Positions 37,151-52,406 of a stretch of DNA of 64,000 bases are shown piece after piece. Position 1 is the stretch's first letter; every line of letters starts with the position of its first letter. Made by a program: the position numbers and the translations under genes. Under the pieces are notes generated by a model. The model worked only from the letters and a program-made list of their open reading frames with translations, had not been told where the DNA came from and searched no databases. Source of the stretch: Octopus vulgaris (lineage: Eukaryota); the NCBI GenBank assembly GCA_951406725.2, contig OX597814.1, positions 214,706,001 through 214,770,000 of the forward strand, read 5' to 3'.

Positions 37151-38114
37151 TGTATTATTTATGTACCTTCATATATTTATATATGCATGCATACATCCAT
37201 ACTTACATGTATACATAAGTACACATTATATACGTTAATGATTTCTATATAAAATTAAGAAAATACCTGTAGTTGAATCTCTGTCATACATTCACCCATA
37301 CATAATGCACACATACATATGCAAGCATATATATTGTGATTAGCTTATCGAGAAAAAAAAAACTATCAAAAAGTACATGGAGAGTGAAAGAGAAAAATGT
37401 TATCGTGGGAGATAGAGAGAGAGAGAGATAGAGAATGAAAGAGAGAGAGAGAGCGAGAGAAAGAGAGGTGAGGAGATGTATATATATTGAAAGTGTAAAA
37501 TCACAATTGACATTAAATTTCTGTTGCTTATTCCCTTTTTTTTATAAAGGGAAGGGGTACACAATCACTTTCAGACTTTAACTCACAGGCATCACTAATT
37601 AATTAACCCGGGGAAACTTATATAATTAATTATGGATTAATATTCACAAGAACAAAGATAAATATTATTACCTATAAAGTTGTATCAATGTTCTTAAGCC
37701 AGCCAGCCAGCCTCCCGTTTAGTTCCTCATTCAGATCTCATTTAGCGTTTGACTAAGCTGTTACCGAAGAAGACGACTCTATTTGCTGCCCATTCCTTCC
37801 TATACAGTCACTCTCACCTCTCTGCCGAAATTTTTAGTAAATATAGATTCTGCCAAGTCTTATTTTTCTCTCCACCATCCATCCACCCATCCATCCATCC
37901 ACTCATCCATTCTCCCATCCTCCACCACCGCCGCCGCCATCCATTCAAGTTTCGTTTCTGGTAGCCAGATACCCATCCTAACCTCTTTCCTTTCTCTCTT
38001 TCCTTTCTCTTTCTCTCTCCTTTCATGTCTGACTTCCCTTTAACTCACTCAGCTGTTTCTGTTGATGAATAACAGGAAGAATGTAGAAATGTATCATTAT
38101 ATACACATGAACAA

Positions 38115-38150
<36 letters not shown>

Positions 38151-38223
38151 TTCTGGCTGCTGGTCTGTCTGTCTGTCTACCTGTTTGTCAGCCCATATCT
38201 CTTCCTTCTTTTCTTTCTCTATT

Positions 38224-38254
<31 letters not shown>

Positions 38255-38332
38255 CTCTCTCTCTCTTTCTTTCTCTCTTTCTTTCTCTCTCTCTCTCTTT
38301 CTTTCTCTCTCTCTCTTTCTCTCTCTCTCTCT

Positions 38333-38426
<94 letters not shown>

Positions 38427-38431
38427 TTCTT

Positions 38432-38482
<51 letters not shown>

Positions 38483-38513
38483 CTCTCTCTTTCTTTCTTT
38501 CTCTCTCTCTCTT

Positions 38514-38568
<55 letters not shown>

Positions 38569-38571
38569 TTT

Positions 38572-38614
<43 letters not shown>

Positions 38615-38678
38615 CTCTCCCTCTCTCTATTTCTCTCTCTCTCTCTCTCTTTCTCCCCCCCTCTCTCTCTTTCTCTCT
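38115..38678. repeat. (CTGT)n then ~470-bp (CT)n/(CTTT)n polypyrimidine tract
   Basis: Direct reading; source of LS/RE ORFs. Confidence 0.95.
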
Positions 38679-39000
38679 CATGCTTGTCTTACAAACAAAT
38701 ACATACATAAAATATTGTATGTAGAAGTTTTAATGAAACTTCCTTTTCTGTCAAATTAAAACTGATAAAATCATAATAATTAGACATTTAGATCATTAAC
38801 CATTTTTATAATTATTTATAGAAGAGGATGGACATCTCTAATATTCTTTACACTGAATATTTATCTTTCATTCCATTCTATTTATCATTGTTTTTTTCTT
38901 TATCCACAATTTTATTTTGACTTACCAAAATTTCAACCATTATCTTAACCACTACGACCAGTACCCCCAACCACCACTACCACCACTACCACCACCACTA

Positions 39001-39601
39001 CCTATTTCTTTACTACCCACAAGGGGCTAAACATAGAGGGGACAAACAAGGACAGACATAGGTATTAAGTCGATTACATCGACCCCAGTGCGTAACTGGT
39101 ACTTAATTTATCGACCCCGAAAGGATGAAAGGCAAAGTCGACCTCGGCGGAATTTGAACTCAGAACGTAACTCCAGACGAAATACCTATTTCTTTATTAC
39201 CCACAAGGGGCTAAACACAGAGGGGACAAACAAAGATAGACATAGGTATTAAGTCGATTACATCGACCCCAGTGCGTAACTGGTACTTAATTTATCGACC
39301 CCGAAAGGATGAAAGGCAAAGTCGACCTCGGCGGAATTTGAACTCAGAACGTAACTCCAGACGAAATACCTATTTCTTTATTACCCACAAGGGGCTAAAC
39401 ACAGAGGGGACAAACAAGGACAGACATAGGTATTAAGTCGATTACATCGACCCCAGTGCGTAACTGGTACTTAATTTATCGACCCCGAAAGGATGAAAGG
39501 CAAAGTCGACCTCGGCGTAATTTGAACTCAGAACGTAACGGCAGATGAAATACCGCTAGGCATTTCGTCCGTCCTGCATGCTAACGTTTCTGCCAGTTCG
39601 C
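39001..39601 (-). mobile_element. SINE C1 head-to-tail trimer (184-bp period)
   Basis: Units start 39001, 39185, 39369; only the last (5'-most on the minus strand) has the A-box head. Confidence 0.93.
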
Positions 39602-40180
39602 CACCACCACCACCACCACAGCCACTGCTGGTGCCAATGCCACCTCCGTCTCTGCTGCCTCTAGCACCACTGCTGCTGCCAAATTTGCCATCTTCTCTGC
39701 TGCTGCCGCCGCCCCCCCCCCCCCACCATCACCCCCCCCCCCCACCCCCACCACTACTGCCACCATCGCCACCAACACCATTATTGCTGCCAGCACTTAC
39801 TCCACCACCACCACCACCACCACCACCACCACCACCACCACCACCACCACCACCACCACCACCATCACCACCACCACCACCATCACCACCACCACCACCA
39901 CCACCCCACCCCCACCCCCACCCCCACCCCCCCCCCCCCCCCCACCACCACCACACCACCATCACCACCAACACCCCACCCCACCCCACCACCCCCACCA
40001 CTACTGCCACCATCGCCACCAACACCATTATTGCTGCCAGCACTTACTCCACCACCACCACCACCACCACCACCACCCACCACCCCACCACTACAGCCAC
40101 CATCGCCACCAACACCATTATTGCTGCCAGCACTTACTCCACCACCACCACCACCATCACCACCACCACCACCACTATCA
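39602..40180. repeat. (CCA)n/poly-C tract with three copies of a ~50-bp motif
   Basis: ACTAC(T/A)GCCACCATCGCCACCAACACCATTATTGCTGCCAGCACTTACTCC at ~39752, ~40000, ~40089. Confidence 0.9.
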
Positions 40181-40839
40181 CTGTCCTGAGTCAATAAGGG
40201 AACCTCTATGTGATTGTCTGATTTTCTAGAAACAGCAGCTAAATCTTCTTTCTCTCACTCTCTTGTGTTATACCCACTCTCTTAGCAATGGATGTGTTGG
40301 ATAATGTACAGGGATGGTCATGACTAGAATGCATTTGATCATACCTCTAAGTTAGTGCTACCCTTGTAGCAAACAACAACATCACTGTCAAAATAACTGG
40401 TATTTCCACTGCTAATATTAATATTACCAGAACCATTTATATTTTTTCTCGGATATCTGGTGTGGGAACTTATTTCATATAAATAAAAATTTTTTTTTTT
40501 TTCTTCGAGAGGAAAGTTTACAATCAGTGGTTAGAATAACAAAGCTGTTAAAATATAAATACACATTTCATAGGCAGAAGCTGTCGTTTCAGAATTGCTA
40601 CTCTGTAGGAGTGATACCACGTTTTATTTTCATATGAAGGAGTTGAGAGATAAATTAAGAGATGAATTAAGAGAAAGTGGGGAGGAAGGAAGAGAGAAAG
40701 AGAAACTGAGAGTGAAATGAAGTGAGAAAAGAGGAGTAAAATAAAAAAATAATAATATAAAAAAATTGAGCCCTTGGGGGAAAAAGGAAAGAATGTAAGC
40801 AATTTTTACTTACTGTTTTAATACACCCTTAGATGTAAA

Positions 40840-41945
<1,106 letters not shown>

Positions 41946-43847
41946 TGCACCTTGTGATAAATACTTAGGAACTTACCTTTGCAAGGCCCTTTGTGTATTT
42001 AAACTTTGATTTGATCAAATTTATTAATGCTTTTGTCGATTCAATCTTGATATTTTAAACCAAAAAAAATATTCAATGACTTCAATGTACTACTTTTCAG
42101 ATGTGTTTTTTATCTTTGCTTTTCTGCAGTTAATTCCAGATATATCGAACCACTAATGTTACCAACTCATAATATTTTAGTGGTGAGAAAAATGCCTTGT
42201 GATCAAATCATGGTATACTATACATAAATATTGCTATGAACATTTAAAATACATTGTTTTGTGTCTGTATTAAAAAAAGGAATTTTGCCTCTTGCAATGC
42301 ATACATTTAAAATAAATCTGTAAAAATGATCCACTTTTAAAGGAATGAAAATATATACTTAATTTCTACATATTTACAAAATTATAAGAAAAATATCATT
42401 GAATCACACTACCTTGTACTGATACATCATGGGGAAGAGTCTCTAAGTAGATCTCTATATAGATGTATTTATATATTATTAATATATTTAATTACAAACA
42501 GGTTCTATTTATATACAGACTCTTCAAAATGTATACCAGGTAGTTTTATTTTACATTTAGAATATATTTGATATTTATATACACATGACTTCGTCAGCCT
42601 TATTAAAATGCAATGGTAGAATTTACTCCTATAATAATAATAATAATAATAATAATGAAATTATTGTATACAGTGCTCAGGTGCAGAATACTAAATATAG
42701 AAGAACATAACTATAAAGTGCAGGTAACGTTTCAGGTAAAATATGCATTTACCAATTCTATATATCTGACTAATGTAAACAGTGTATATAATATGCATTT
42801 ACCATTCGAGAAAATCCAAGGATGATTGATATAACTTGAAGAATCTTCAATAGGAATGTATGAATTCTCTCTCTATATAGTATGAATATATTCTTTTTGT
42901 TTTTGAGTTAAATGTGGTCAAAACTACATGTGATCATGTTTAAAATGACAAAGGTTAAAAAGTGAAGGAGTAATAGTATCACTCTGTTCAACACACACAC
43001 ACATTTTATTTATTTATATGTTTATTTATACACATAAACTTTCACATTTATATACATGCTGCTCCATTAATCTAGATAGACAATAGAATGCCTCTTTATG
43101 ATGCCAGATTTTTGAAATGTTTAAGGAGATCCCGACTTGCATAGGCCACACAATTTAAATATTGACCTAGAAAGAATTTTGGCCTCTGGTTGCATTTACT
43201 GATGAGAGATTGTCATTCAAATAACACTAAACTACTCAAAGGTTGTCTATTACTGAACGACTACTTTGGAAAATATACTGACTACTATTCAACAATGTAC
43301 ACTGGTTGAAATATGCATCTGTGTGTGTGTGTGTGAACGCACGTACATACATGAGTTTATATAAGAGAGTTTAGGGTATTCGTGAATATTTGGAAACTGA
43401 TGCTTTATGAGAGATAAGAAGTTCTCAACAGTATTTGTAGTGTTGTCTGTCTAAGTTATAACATGAGAGGACAGATTGCTTTCACTTCCTGTCACTCCTT
43501 GAATGTGTAATGAGTAGGGGAGTCAACATGAGAACTAACTTCTCGTTAAGGCACTCCTGGATAGTGCTTTATTACTCCTCTTACATGCAGCACACCTACT
43601 ATCATCTCTCATGTGAGTGATCTGTAACAATTCTTATCATGTGACATGCCTCGACAAATGTGAAAGTAAGTTTGCAAATGTCCCCTAGACACCTGTCTTT
43701 CAAGTCACACAGCTAAACCATATTCATGACAAATGATTAGGCATGCATTTTATATATCTATGAGACTCCAAGTTATGAACATTTGAGTCACCAGCTATTC
43801 CTCTACAAATATAGATTTTATGCTATGTATTGAATATACTTTTCTTT

Positions 43848-44050
43848 CATCATCATCATCATCATCATCATCATCGTCGTCATCGTTTAGCGTCCGCTTT
43901 CCATGCTAGCATGGGTTGGACGGTTCAACTGGGGTCTGGGAAATCAGAAGGCTGCACCAGGCCCAGTCTGATCTGGCAATGTTTCAACGGCTGGATGCCC
44001 TTCCTAATGCCAACCACTCCGAGAGTGTAGTGGGGGCTTTTTACGTGCCA
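43848..44050 (-). mobile_element. RTE-type LINE 3' end (family B)
   Basis: Family B tail reverse complement. Confidence 0.88.
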
Positions 44051-44127
44051 CAAGAGGGTTCCTTTAAGGGTATTGTGAAAGGTCTGGTTGGAAGCCCAAC
44101 CTTTCAAGTTCTTTTACAGGACTGAAG

Positions 44128-44246
44128 GACTGCTGCAATAAGTGTGTGAATCTGAGAAGGGGAATATGTTGAATAAAATCATAATCAACTGATCCTCCCT
44201 GTATTTTCTTTTAACCAAACCCAGGAATTTTCCAGCATCCCCTTGT
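44128..44246 (+). mobile_element. mariner-like 3' end and TIR fragment
   Basis: KCV...GEYVE* terminus followed by ...CAGCATCCCCTTG|TA. Confidence 0.6.
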
Positions 44247-45216
44247 ATATACTCATTCCAAATTTTCTTAAACACTATGTATAAACTGAGAACAAGCAGT
44301 TGAAAATGTTGAGGCAAACTCTTCCATAGAACATACGAATACAGTCAAAGAAGTTCTGCCGTGATTGCAAAAATGGAAAACTTGACTGAGTGCACTGGAA
44401 AATTTATTTCTTCAAGAAACACCTACGGACAAATGAGAATTTAAACTATGGAACTGTCTCTCTTAAAAGAAAGACCTTTAACATAAATATTCAGCCCACA
44501 TATTCTACCTGTTTTATGTTCAAACTGGCCAGATATGGTATCTCACACCTACCCAATGATGTTATTCCTCTAGAAATAAACAATTACGTCATTGAAATCC
44601 GAAAGCTACAAGATAATGCATGATTAACTCAAAACAAATTGAATAAATAAGCATTACATATGGCAGAGTAATTTGACTGCTAAATAGTTAAACATTTTAA
44701 ATCAACATTATTAAAAAGAAAAAAAATCTGTATTGCACCAATTCCATTCCTGAAAACACTGGACTATTACAAGACACTTTATAACTTTTGTTATATTTCT
44801 GTTGAAATACATTGCCATTATTTCAGTTTATTTTGAACATAATGAAATACTTAATAAAATAACTGCTCTTAATTCTATGATATAAACTTTCTGTTAAAAA
44901 ATATTACCTAAATAAAAACCCTTCATCAAAATTTTATATTAATTTATATCCCTAACACCATACCTCAAAGAATTCAAGCTGTAATTACTGCCAAAGGTGG
45001 TTCAACTCCATATTAAAATAAATTTGTTTGAAATTTTAAGGTGTTTCCATTATTTTGTCCAACCCCTATACATCATAAATAGCCACTCTGTATAGACAGC
45101 AGTGATTGTCTAGCCATATGCCTCTGTTATGTATATACAAGTATGTTTATGTGTATGTGTCTATATGCATCTACATCATTATCACGATCAGTATGATCAT
45201 CATCATAATCATTTAA

Positions 45217-45437
45217 CCCTTTCATTACTGTATTTATTTTGAGATGGTCTCTGTTTCTTCCAATTACTTTAAATATAACAAAGAATTTAGTTAAATAACT
45301 TAGTTATCATTAAGCTGGTGTTAGGAACATAAATTGTGACTAAGGTTTGGTGGAAGATTTTAATTAAAAACTTATGAAAACAAGACATTTTGTACTCAGA
45401 GCCAGAGCCGGTTTCAGCCGGGTTGGTATCAAAACGG
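45217..45437 (+). mobile_element. piggyBac-type MITE (family E) inserted in the TTAA of an RTE tail
   Basis: (CAT)n-ATTTAA|CCCTTTC...CGG|TTAA-TGTCTGTTTTCC; TTAA duplicated. Confidence 0.88.
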
Positions 45438-45738
45438 TTAATGTCTGTTTTCCCTGTTGACATGTGTTGGACGGTTTGACGGGAACTGGTCAGCTGGAGA
45501 GCTGCTCCAGCTCCATTTGTTTCTTTTGGCAGGATTTCTATGGCTAGATGTCCTTGCTGATACCAACCACTTTACAGTGTATGCTGAGTGCTTTTTACAT
45601 GATACAGGCACAGGTGCTTTTATATGGCACCACCATGAGTGCTTTTTACAAGGTGCCGATATATGTATGTGTGTATATATATATTTATGTATATATTTAA
45701 ACACACACATGCAGACACACACACACACACATACACAG

Positions 45739-45923
45739 GAATTACTAAAGAGCGTCATGTGACTAAAAATCTAAATAAAAATATCAATCGACTAAAAAAA
45801 TGTTTTTACTCCCCTCAATTAAAAATATGTCAAAAAAGTTCATCTTATAAGAACCATTGTAGGTTGAAGTCTAAGGAGTGTAAGAGAATTCTACAAAATC
45901 AAGTCAAAACACATCTATGGCCA
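45739..45923 (-). mobile_element. PLE-like pLTR fragment in (CA)n
   Basis: Close copy of 47523-47705, ending within the hammerhead stem III palindrome TGGCCA. Confidence 0.7.
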
Positions 45924-46418
45924 CACACACACACACATACACACACACAAGGTCCTAGGAGGGTAGAAAGGTGGAGTAATTCCAATGCAGCACTCAACTG
46001 GACATTTAGGCTATCTACACTCTCAGACTACAGTCTTAAGTAAAATCAATTTTTCTTTTTTAATGCTTTTTGTTTCCTCTCAAGCCTGGCAGACACACAA
46101 CATAAAAGTGCACCTTTGATGCAGTTATAAAGAAGAGCCACTCTAATGTTTCAAAATATTACATAAATTTTCACTTGGAACGTTTGTGTGAACTGGCTTT
46201 GAAAACAGCATTGGTAGAAAAACAATTGTAACTGGTCATTAAAGATGTGATAAAATCTTTCTTTTGCCTTCTTTGAACTATGTATGTATGTATGTATGTA
46301 TGTATGTATGTATGTATGTATGTATGTATGTATGTATGTATGTATGTATGTATGTATCTATGTGTGTGTGTGTGTATGTATGTATGTGTATCTATATATA
46401 TATATATATATATATCTG

Positions 46419-46497
<79 letters not shown>

Positions 46498-46511
46498 CTC
46501 TCTCTCTCTCT

Positions 46512-46546
<35 letters not shown>

Positions 46547-46547
<1 letters not shown>

Positions 46548-46830
46548 ATCATCATCATCATCATGGGTTGAACAGTTTGACTAAGGACTGGTGAGCCAGA
46601 AGGCTGCACCAGGCTCCAATATGGTCTGGCAAAGTTTCAACAGCTGGATGCCCTTCCTAACGCCAACTATTCCGAGAGTGTAGTGGGTGCTTTTACATGC
46701 CACTGGCACGAGGGCCAGTCAGGCGGTTCTGGCAAAGACTACACTCAAAAGGTGTTTTTTACGTGCTACCTGCATGGGAGCCAGTCCGGTGGCACTGGCA
46801 ATGACCACACCCGAATGTTGTTTTTCACGT
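46547..46830 (-). mobile_element. RTE-type LINE 3' end (family B)
   Basis: Tail plus two UTR units. Confidence 0.82.
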
Positions 46831-46832
46831 GA

Positions 46833-47210
46833 TTCTTTTATTCTTTTACTTGTTTCAGTCATTTGACTGCGGCCATGCTGGAGCACCGCCTTTAGTAAAA
46901 TAAATTGATCCCCAGACTTATTCTTTGTTAGCCTAGTACATATTCCACTGGCCTCTTTTGCTGAACCACTAAGTTACAGGTACATAAACACACCAGCATT
47001 GGTTGTCAAGCGATGGTGAGAGGGACAATGACAGAGACACACAATTATATACATGTGTATGATGAGCTTCTTTCAATTTCTGTCTACCAAATCCATTCAC
47101 AAGGCTTTGGTTGACCCAGGGCTATAGTAGAAGACACTTGCCCAAGGTGCCATGCAGTGGGACTGAACCTGGAACCATGTGGTTGGTAAGCAAGTTTCTT
47201 ACCACACAAC
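46833..47210 (-). mobile_element. SINE family A
   Basis: Family A reverse complement. Confidence 0.88.
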
Positions 47211-47220
47211 CATATCTGTA

Positions 47221-47460
47221 CATCATCATCATCATCATCATCGTTTAACGTCCATTCTCCATGCTAGCATGGGTTGGACAGTTCGACTGGGGGTCTGGGA
47301 AGCCAGGAGGCTGCACCAGGCTCCAGTCTGATCTGGTAGTGTTTCTACAGCTGGATGCCTTTCCTAATGCCAACCACTCCGTGAGTGTAGTGGGTGCTTT
47401 TTACGTGCCACTTGCACTGGTGCCAGGCGAGGTTGGCAACGGCCATGGTCGGATTGGTGC
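47221..47460 (-). mobile_element. RTE-type LINE 3' end (family B)
   Basis: Family B tail. Confidence 0.88.
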
Positions 47461-47693
47461 AAATATATAGAACGGCCTATCAAGAAGGTATATACAATCA
47501 ACTAAAAATAAGCAATCCAAATGAATTACTAAAGAGTGTCATGTGACTAAAAATCTAAATAAAAGTATCAATTGACTAAAAACATTTTTTACTCCCCTCA
47601 ATTAAAAATATGTAAAAAAGTTCATTTTATAAGAACCATTGTAGGTTGAAGTCTAAGGAGTGTAAGAGAATTCTACAAAATCAAATCAAAACA

Positions 47694-47777
47694 CATCTAT
47701 GGCCATTTAGGGAGTTCATTGCCATGGTCCAATTATGAGTTAAGGTGCATCTCAGTAATGACCCCCTCATCAGGATG
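47694..47777 (-). ncRNA. Type I hammerhead ribozyme with long stem II, decayed (GAAA>UAAA)
   Basis: CAUC-CUGAUGA-GGGGGUCAUUAC...GCAAUGAACUCCC-UAAA-UGGCCA-UA-GAUG; inside PLE-like module 47461-47945. Confidence 0.72.
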
Positions 47778-47957
47778 AACAGGAATCTCAACAATTAGTC
47801 ACTCACCTTGAATTTGATGTTAGTTCTCTAATCAATATGATTTTTTTTTTATCTCTGTCTCAATTTCATTTGAGCACTTCTTTTTTGGCAGTCTCATAAA
47901 CCCTTTTGTCTCCATAAAAAGAGGCAAAAATTATTTCTCATCATGCAAACATATATA

Positions 47958-48371
47958 CTCTATTACTCGTTTCAGTCATTTTGACTGTGGCCATGGTGGT
48001 GCACTGCCTTTTAGTCGAAGAAATCAACACCTAGACTTATTCTTTATAAGCCAAGTACTTTTCCTATTGGTCTCTTTGCTAAACCACTAAGTTATGGGGA
48101 CATAACCACACCAACCTTGGCTGTCAAGCGATGGTAGAGGGGACAAACACAGATGGAAACATACACAAATATATATATATATATATACACATTATATACA
48201 TATATATACGATGGACTTCTTTCAGTTTCTGTCTACCAAATCCACTTACAAGGGTTTGGTCAGCCAGAAGATATAGTAGAAGACACTTGCTCAAGGTGCC
48301 ACACAGCAGGACTGAACCCTGAACCATGTGGCTGGGAAGCAGGCTTCTTACCACACAGCTACGCCTGCACC
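47958..48371 (-). mobile_element. SINE family A (older)
   Basis: Family A reverse complement. Confidence 0.85.
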
Positions 48372-49099
48372 AATATGTATACATGTATATATATTTATAT
48401 ATATGTATATATAAATATATGTATATGTATATATATATATATGTATATCTATGTGTGTGCATGTGTATGTATGCGTGTATTTATGTATGTATGCATGTAT
48501 ATATTTATGTATATCCCAAAATACATAAAGTAAATTTGGGGTCAATACTTTATGAAACTTCTCAATAAATTCATATACAGGATATCAAATTTAGACTGTA
48601 AATAATAATAAAAACAACGTAACACAGAAAAAGGAATCAATAGATATACATGAAAGTAAATGTGCATACAGGTTGATGCCCCATATCCTGCCAAGTATGA
48701 ACCAGGCTGGTACCTGTGTTGTAGACTCTTTGAATCATTGATGCTTAGGGCAATGTGGTATGGGGAAAAAAGAAAGCATAATTCACCAACCTTGTAGGTT
48801 CTCTTGTAATGTTGATCCTTTTCAGCTGGGATCCATCCATAGGAGCCTGACCCACCTAACTTCTGGCCAAAACCTAATGGCAAATTCCCTCAACTCCTGT
48901 GGCCACCATACCCATTCTGAACAACAGCTCCCAAAGCAAAAGAGGCCCATATTAGTCATCCTTCTGCTCACATGGCCTCCCTTTCTTCTCTCTTTCCGGC
49001 AAGGCTTCTTGGCTGTTTGTGTGATATCACTGACCCTATACTTCTAGCCCATCTCAGCCTCACAGGGTTTTTTTTTTATTGAGGCATTATCCAGTCAGG

Positions 49100-49610
49100 C
49101 TGATTGCCTGGGCTAGCCTGACTACCTCTTGTCATCCCTCTCGATCTTCCATCAGTGTCTTTCGGTCTTTGATTTGGCATCCAACATCATCTGTAAGCTG
49201 TTGTATATATGTCTTCCATGGTCTTCCAGTTGCTGTGGTACCATGATTTGGTACCACAACAACTGGTGGTACCATGATTTGGTGTCCACAGCAACATATT
49301 ACTCACTAGTTCTTTACTTCTCCAGTAGTGGCCAGCAAACCTCAATCTCCACTTTTGGATGGTTGATGAGAAGTTGGTACATTCCCATACAAACATTGTT
49401 TTATTGGGTGCTCCCTCCAAGAGATGCTGAGCACTGCACATAACATTCTGGTGTAGGCACCATCCAGTATGCACCTCTCTTGGTGAGAGTCCAAGTTGGA
49501 GATCCATGTACAAGCTCAAATTCAACAACTGCTCTGAAGAACTATCTCTCCAATTTATCTGGTAGGGTTGTCTTCCATATTGTTCTAAGACCGTCAATAG
49601 CAGTCCAAGG
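49100..49610 (-). pseudogene. RTE/RTEX-like LINE RT C-terminal fragment (second family)
   Basis: WRLRFAGHYWR...LLWTPNHG in ORF 49187-49597. Confidence 0.75.
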
Positions 49611-50440
49611 TAAAAATAGTAAACTAATTCATATATTGTACTATGTTTACTGGTATCACTTATATAGGCATAAACCTATCTCATTCTTATGTGGCTTCTT
49701 TATTTCAAAACCCTAGATCTGTGACACTAGTGTACTACACTCTGACAAAAATATATGTAGATTAGTAGACAAAGCTAAGAAGAATAGAAAAAAATTTAAA
49801 TATATAAAAGCAAAAATAAAGCTATGAAAAATATTGAAAATTTAAAAACAATTAAGAAAGGAAAGTAATCTTTACCTTAGCTTTTTAAGTGTAATTAATT
49901 TCAAGGGAGATGTCTAGTAAAAACCATTCCTTTTCATCTGTATTCGTTTTCTGTCTTTTAACATTTTCCTGGTTTTTAGTAACTTCCTAACTTTTGGTCT
50001 CAGTGAGTAATTTTAGTATTTTCCTTTCCTTGTTTCTTAACATCACATGCTATTGATAAATCTACACCGTATTCCAAACACAAGGCTTTAATCAAATTCT
50101 TTATTTTTATTATGTTTTTTTTTTTTTTTTTTCTTTTTACGATATCGGCAAATTTTGTAACAGAGTTGATATCATGTTTTGTTGTGTTACCACTTCTGAA
50201 CAATTTGCTTCTGGAAAAAAAAAAAAAAAACCCCAGTAATAAAGGAAATATCTGTAGTTGTTAGCAAACAATATTGGTCACTGGTGGTGGTTCCAGAGGC
50301 TGGCCAAAAGTAGTTATGCAAATTAATGACCAACAGATTCAAGTCACTGTCCTTCCAGAACCATTAAAGCTGTCAGACTAGTGAATCCAGGATTGGTGTG
50401 GTTTAATCTGTATTAAAATTAATGTATGTGTATGTATGTA

Positions 50441-50785
50441 TCATCATCATCATCATCATCATCATCGTTTAACGTCCGTTTTCCGTGCTAGCATGGGTTG
50501 GACGGTGCGACCAGGGTCTGGGAAGCCAGGGGCTGCTCCAGGCTCCAGTCTGATCTGGCAGAGTTTCTACGGCTGGATGCCCTTCCTAACGCCAACCACT
50601 CCGCAAGTGTAGTGGGTGCTTTTTACGTGCCACCTGCACAGGTGCCGGGGGGGGGGGGGGGTCCGACATCGGCTACGATTGGTTGTAGCTTTTAACGTGC
50701 CAGTGGAACGGAAGCCAGCCAAGACGGCACTGGCAACGGCCACGTTCGGATGGTGCTTTTTATGTGCCACCGGCACAGAAGCCAG
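50441..50785 (-). mobile_element. RTE-type LINE 3' end (family B)
   Basis: Tail plus UTR units. Confidence 0.88.
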
Positions 50786-51195
50786 TATGTATGTATGTAT
50801 GTATGTATGTCATTATTTAGTTTTACTTCAAGATTTCTTGCCAATAGAGAAAGAATCGGTCACTGACCTAGATCCAAGGCACTTTTATTGGAATTTCAGC
50901 AACATCAGCAATTTTTTGCATGTATGTGTATATATGTGCAGTATTTGGAGTCAGTGCATGTGTAGATTTGTATGTTTTGTTTTATGTATGTATACTCAAG
51001 CATATAATTGTCTGTCTAGACATGCTCTTATATACTTAAATGATGAACTGGAAAGTCTTAGAAACTCTTACAGTTCCAGCAATGTATGTATGTATGTATG
51101 TATGTATGTATGCATGTATGTATGTATGTACGTACGTACGTACATACGTATGTATGTATGTATGTATGTATTTATGCATGTTTGTATGTATGTAC

Positions 51196-51226
<31 letters not shown>

Positions 51227-51342
51227 TGTATGTATGTATGTATGTATGTATGCATGTATGCATGTACGTATGTATACACACACACACACACACACATACA
51301 CACACATACACACTCATACACACACAAGATATATACATACAT

Positions 51343-51914
51343 ACATCACCATCATCATCATCACCGTCACCATTGTTTAATGTCTGTTTTCCATGCTGGC
51401 ATGGGTTGGACGGTTTGACTGAGGTCTTGAGAGCCAGCAGCTGCACCAAGCTCCAATCTGGTCAGGCAACGTTTCTACAGCTGGATGCCCTTTCTAATGC
51501 CAACCACTCCGAGAGTGTATTGGGTGCTTTTTACGTGCCACCGGCATGGGAGTCAGTCAGGAGGACCTGACATCAACAACTTTTGGATGGTGCTTTCTTA
51601 CATGTCACTGGCACGGGTGCCAATCAGGGGACACTGGCATTGCCCACGTTTGGATGATGCATTTTATGAGCCACCGGAATGGGAGCCAGTCAGGGAGCAC
51701 TGGCTGCAGCTATGATTTTGGTTTTACTTGACTCAACAGGTCTTCTCAAGTATATCATATAGCCTGATGCATCAAGGGTACTCTTAAATGGGCCGGACAT
51801 GCAACACTGGCATTGGCCATGGCTATGATCTCACTTTAGTTGGTGGGTCTTCTCAGTCACAGCATATCTCCAAAGGTCTCAGTCTCCTGTCATTGCCTCT
51901 GTGAGGCCCAATGT

Positions 51915-51915
<1 letters not shown>
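51343..51915 (-). mobile_element. RTE-type LINE: end of RT, UTR and tail
   Basis: TLGLTEAMTGD at 51879-51915 matches ORF 32705-32941. Confidence 0.85.
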
Positions 51916-51969
<54 letters not shown>

Positions 51970-51976
51970 GAAAACA

Positions 51977-52057
<81 letters not shown>

Positions 52058-52406
52058 TTTTTATTTTATAGAAGGAGCTTCTACATACATATGTCCCCAT
52101 AACTTTAGCAGTTCGGCAAAAGAGACTGACAGAATAAGTACTAAGCTTACGAACAATAAGTTCTGGGGTCAATTTGTTCAACTGAAGGTGGTGCTCCAAC
52201 GTGGCTGCAGTCAAATGACTGAAACAAGTAAAAGGGTATATATTAATTCTTCTACTGTAGGTACAAGGCCTGCAATTTGGGGGCAAGGGGGCTTGTCAAT
52301 TATATTGATCTCAAGTGCTCAACTGGTACTTATTTTATTAACCCTGAAAAACGAAAGTTAACCTTGGCAGAATTTGAACTCAGAATGTGAAGATGAAGGA
52401 GGAGGG

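Noticed and set aside
38040-38100. GAAACAGCUG on the minus strand
   Set aside because: No core and no UH site.
39631-40197. Extensin/mucin-like Pro/Thr-rich gene
   Set aside because: (CCA)n expansion open in several frames on both strands; no splice or start context.
51035-51082. Hammerhead-like AUGAUGA...GAAACUCUUACAGUU
   Set aside because: C3 missing and no stem I; too decayed to support.
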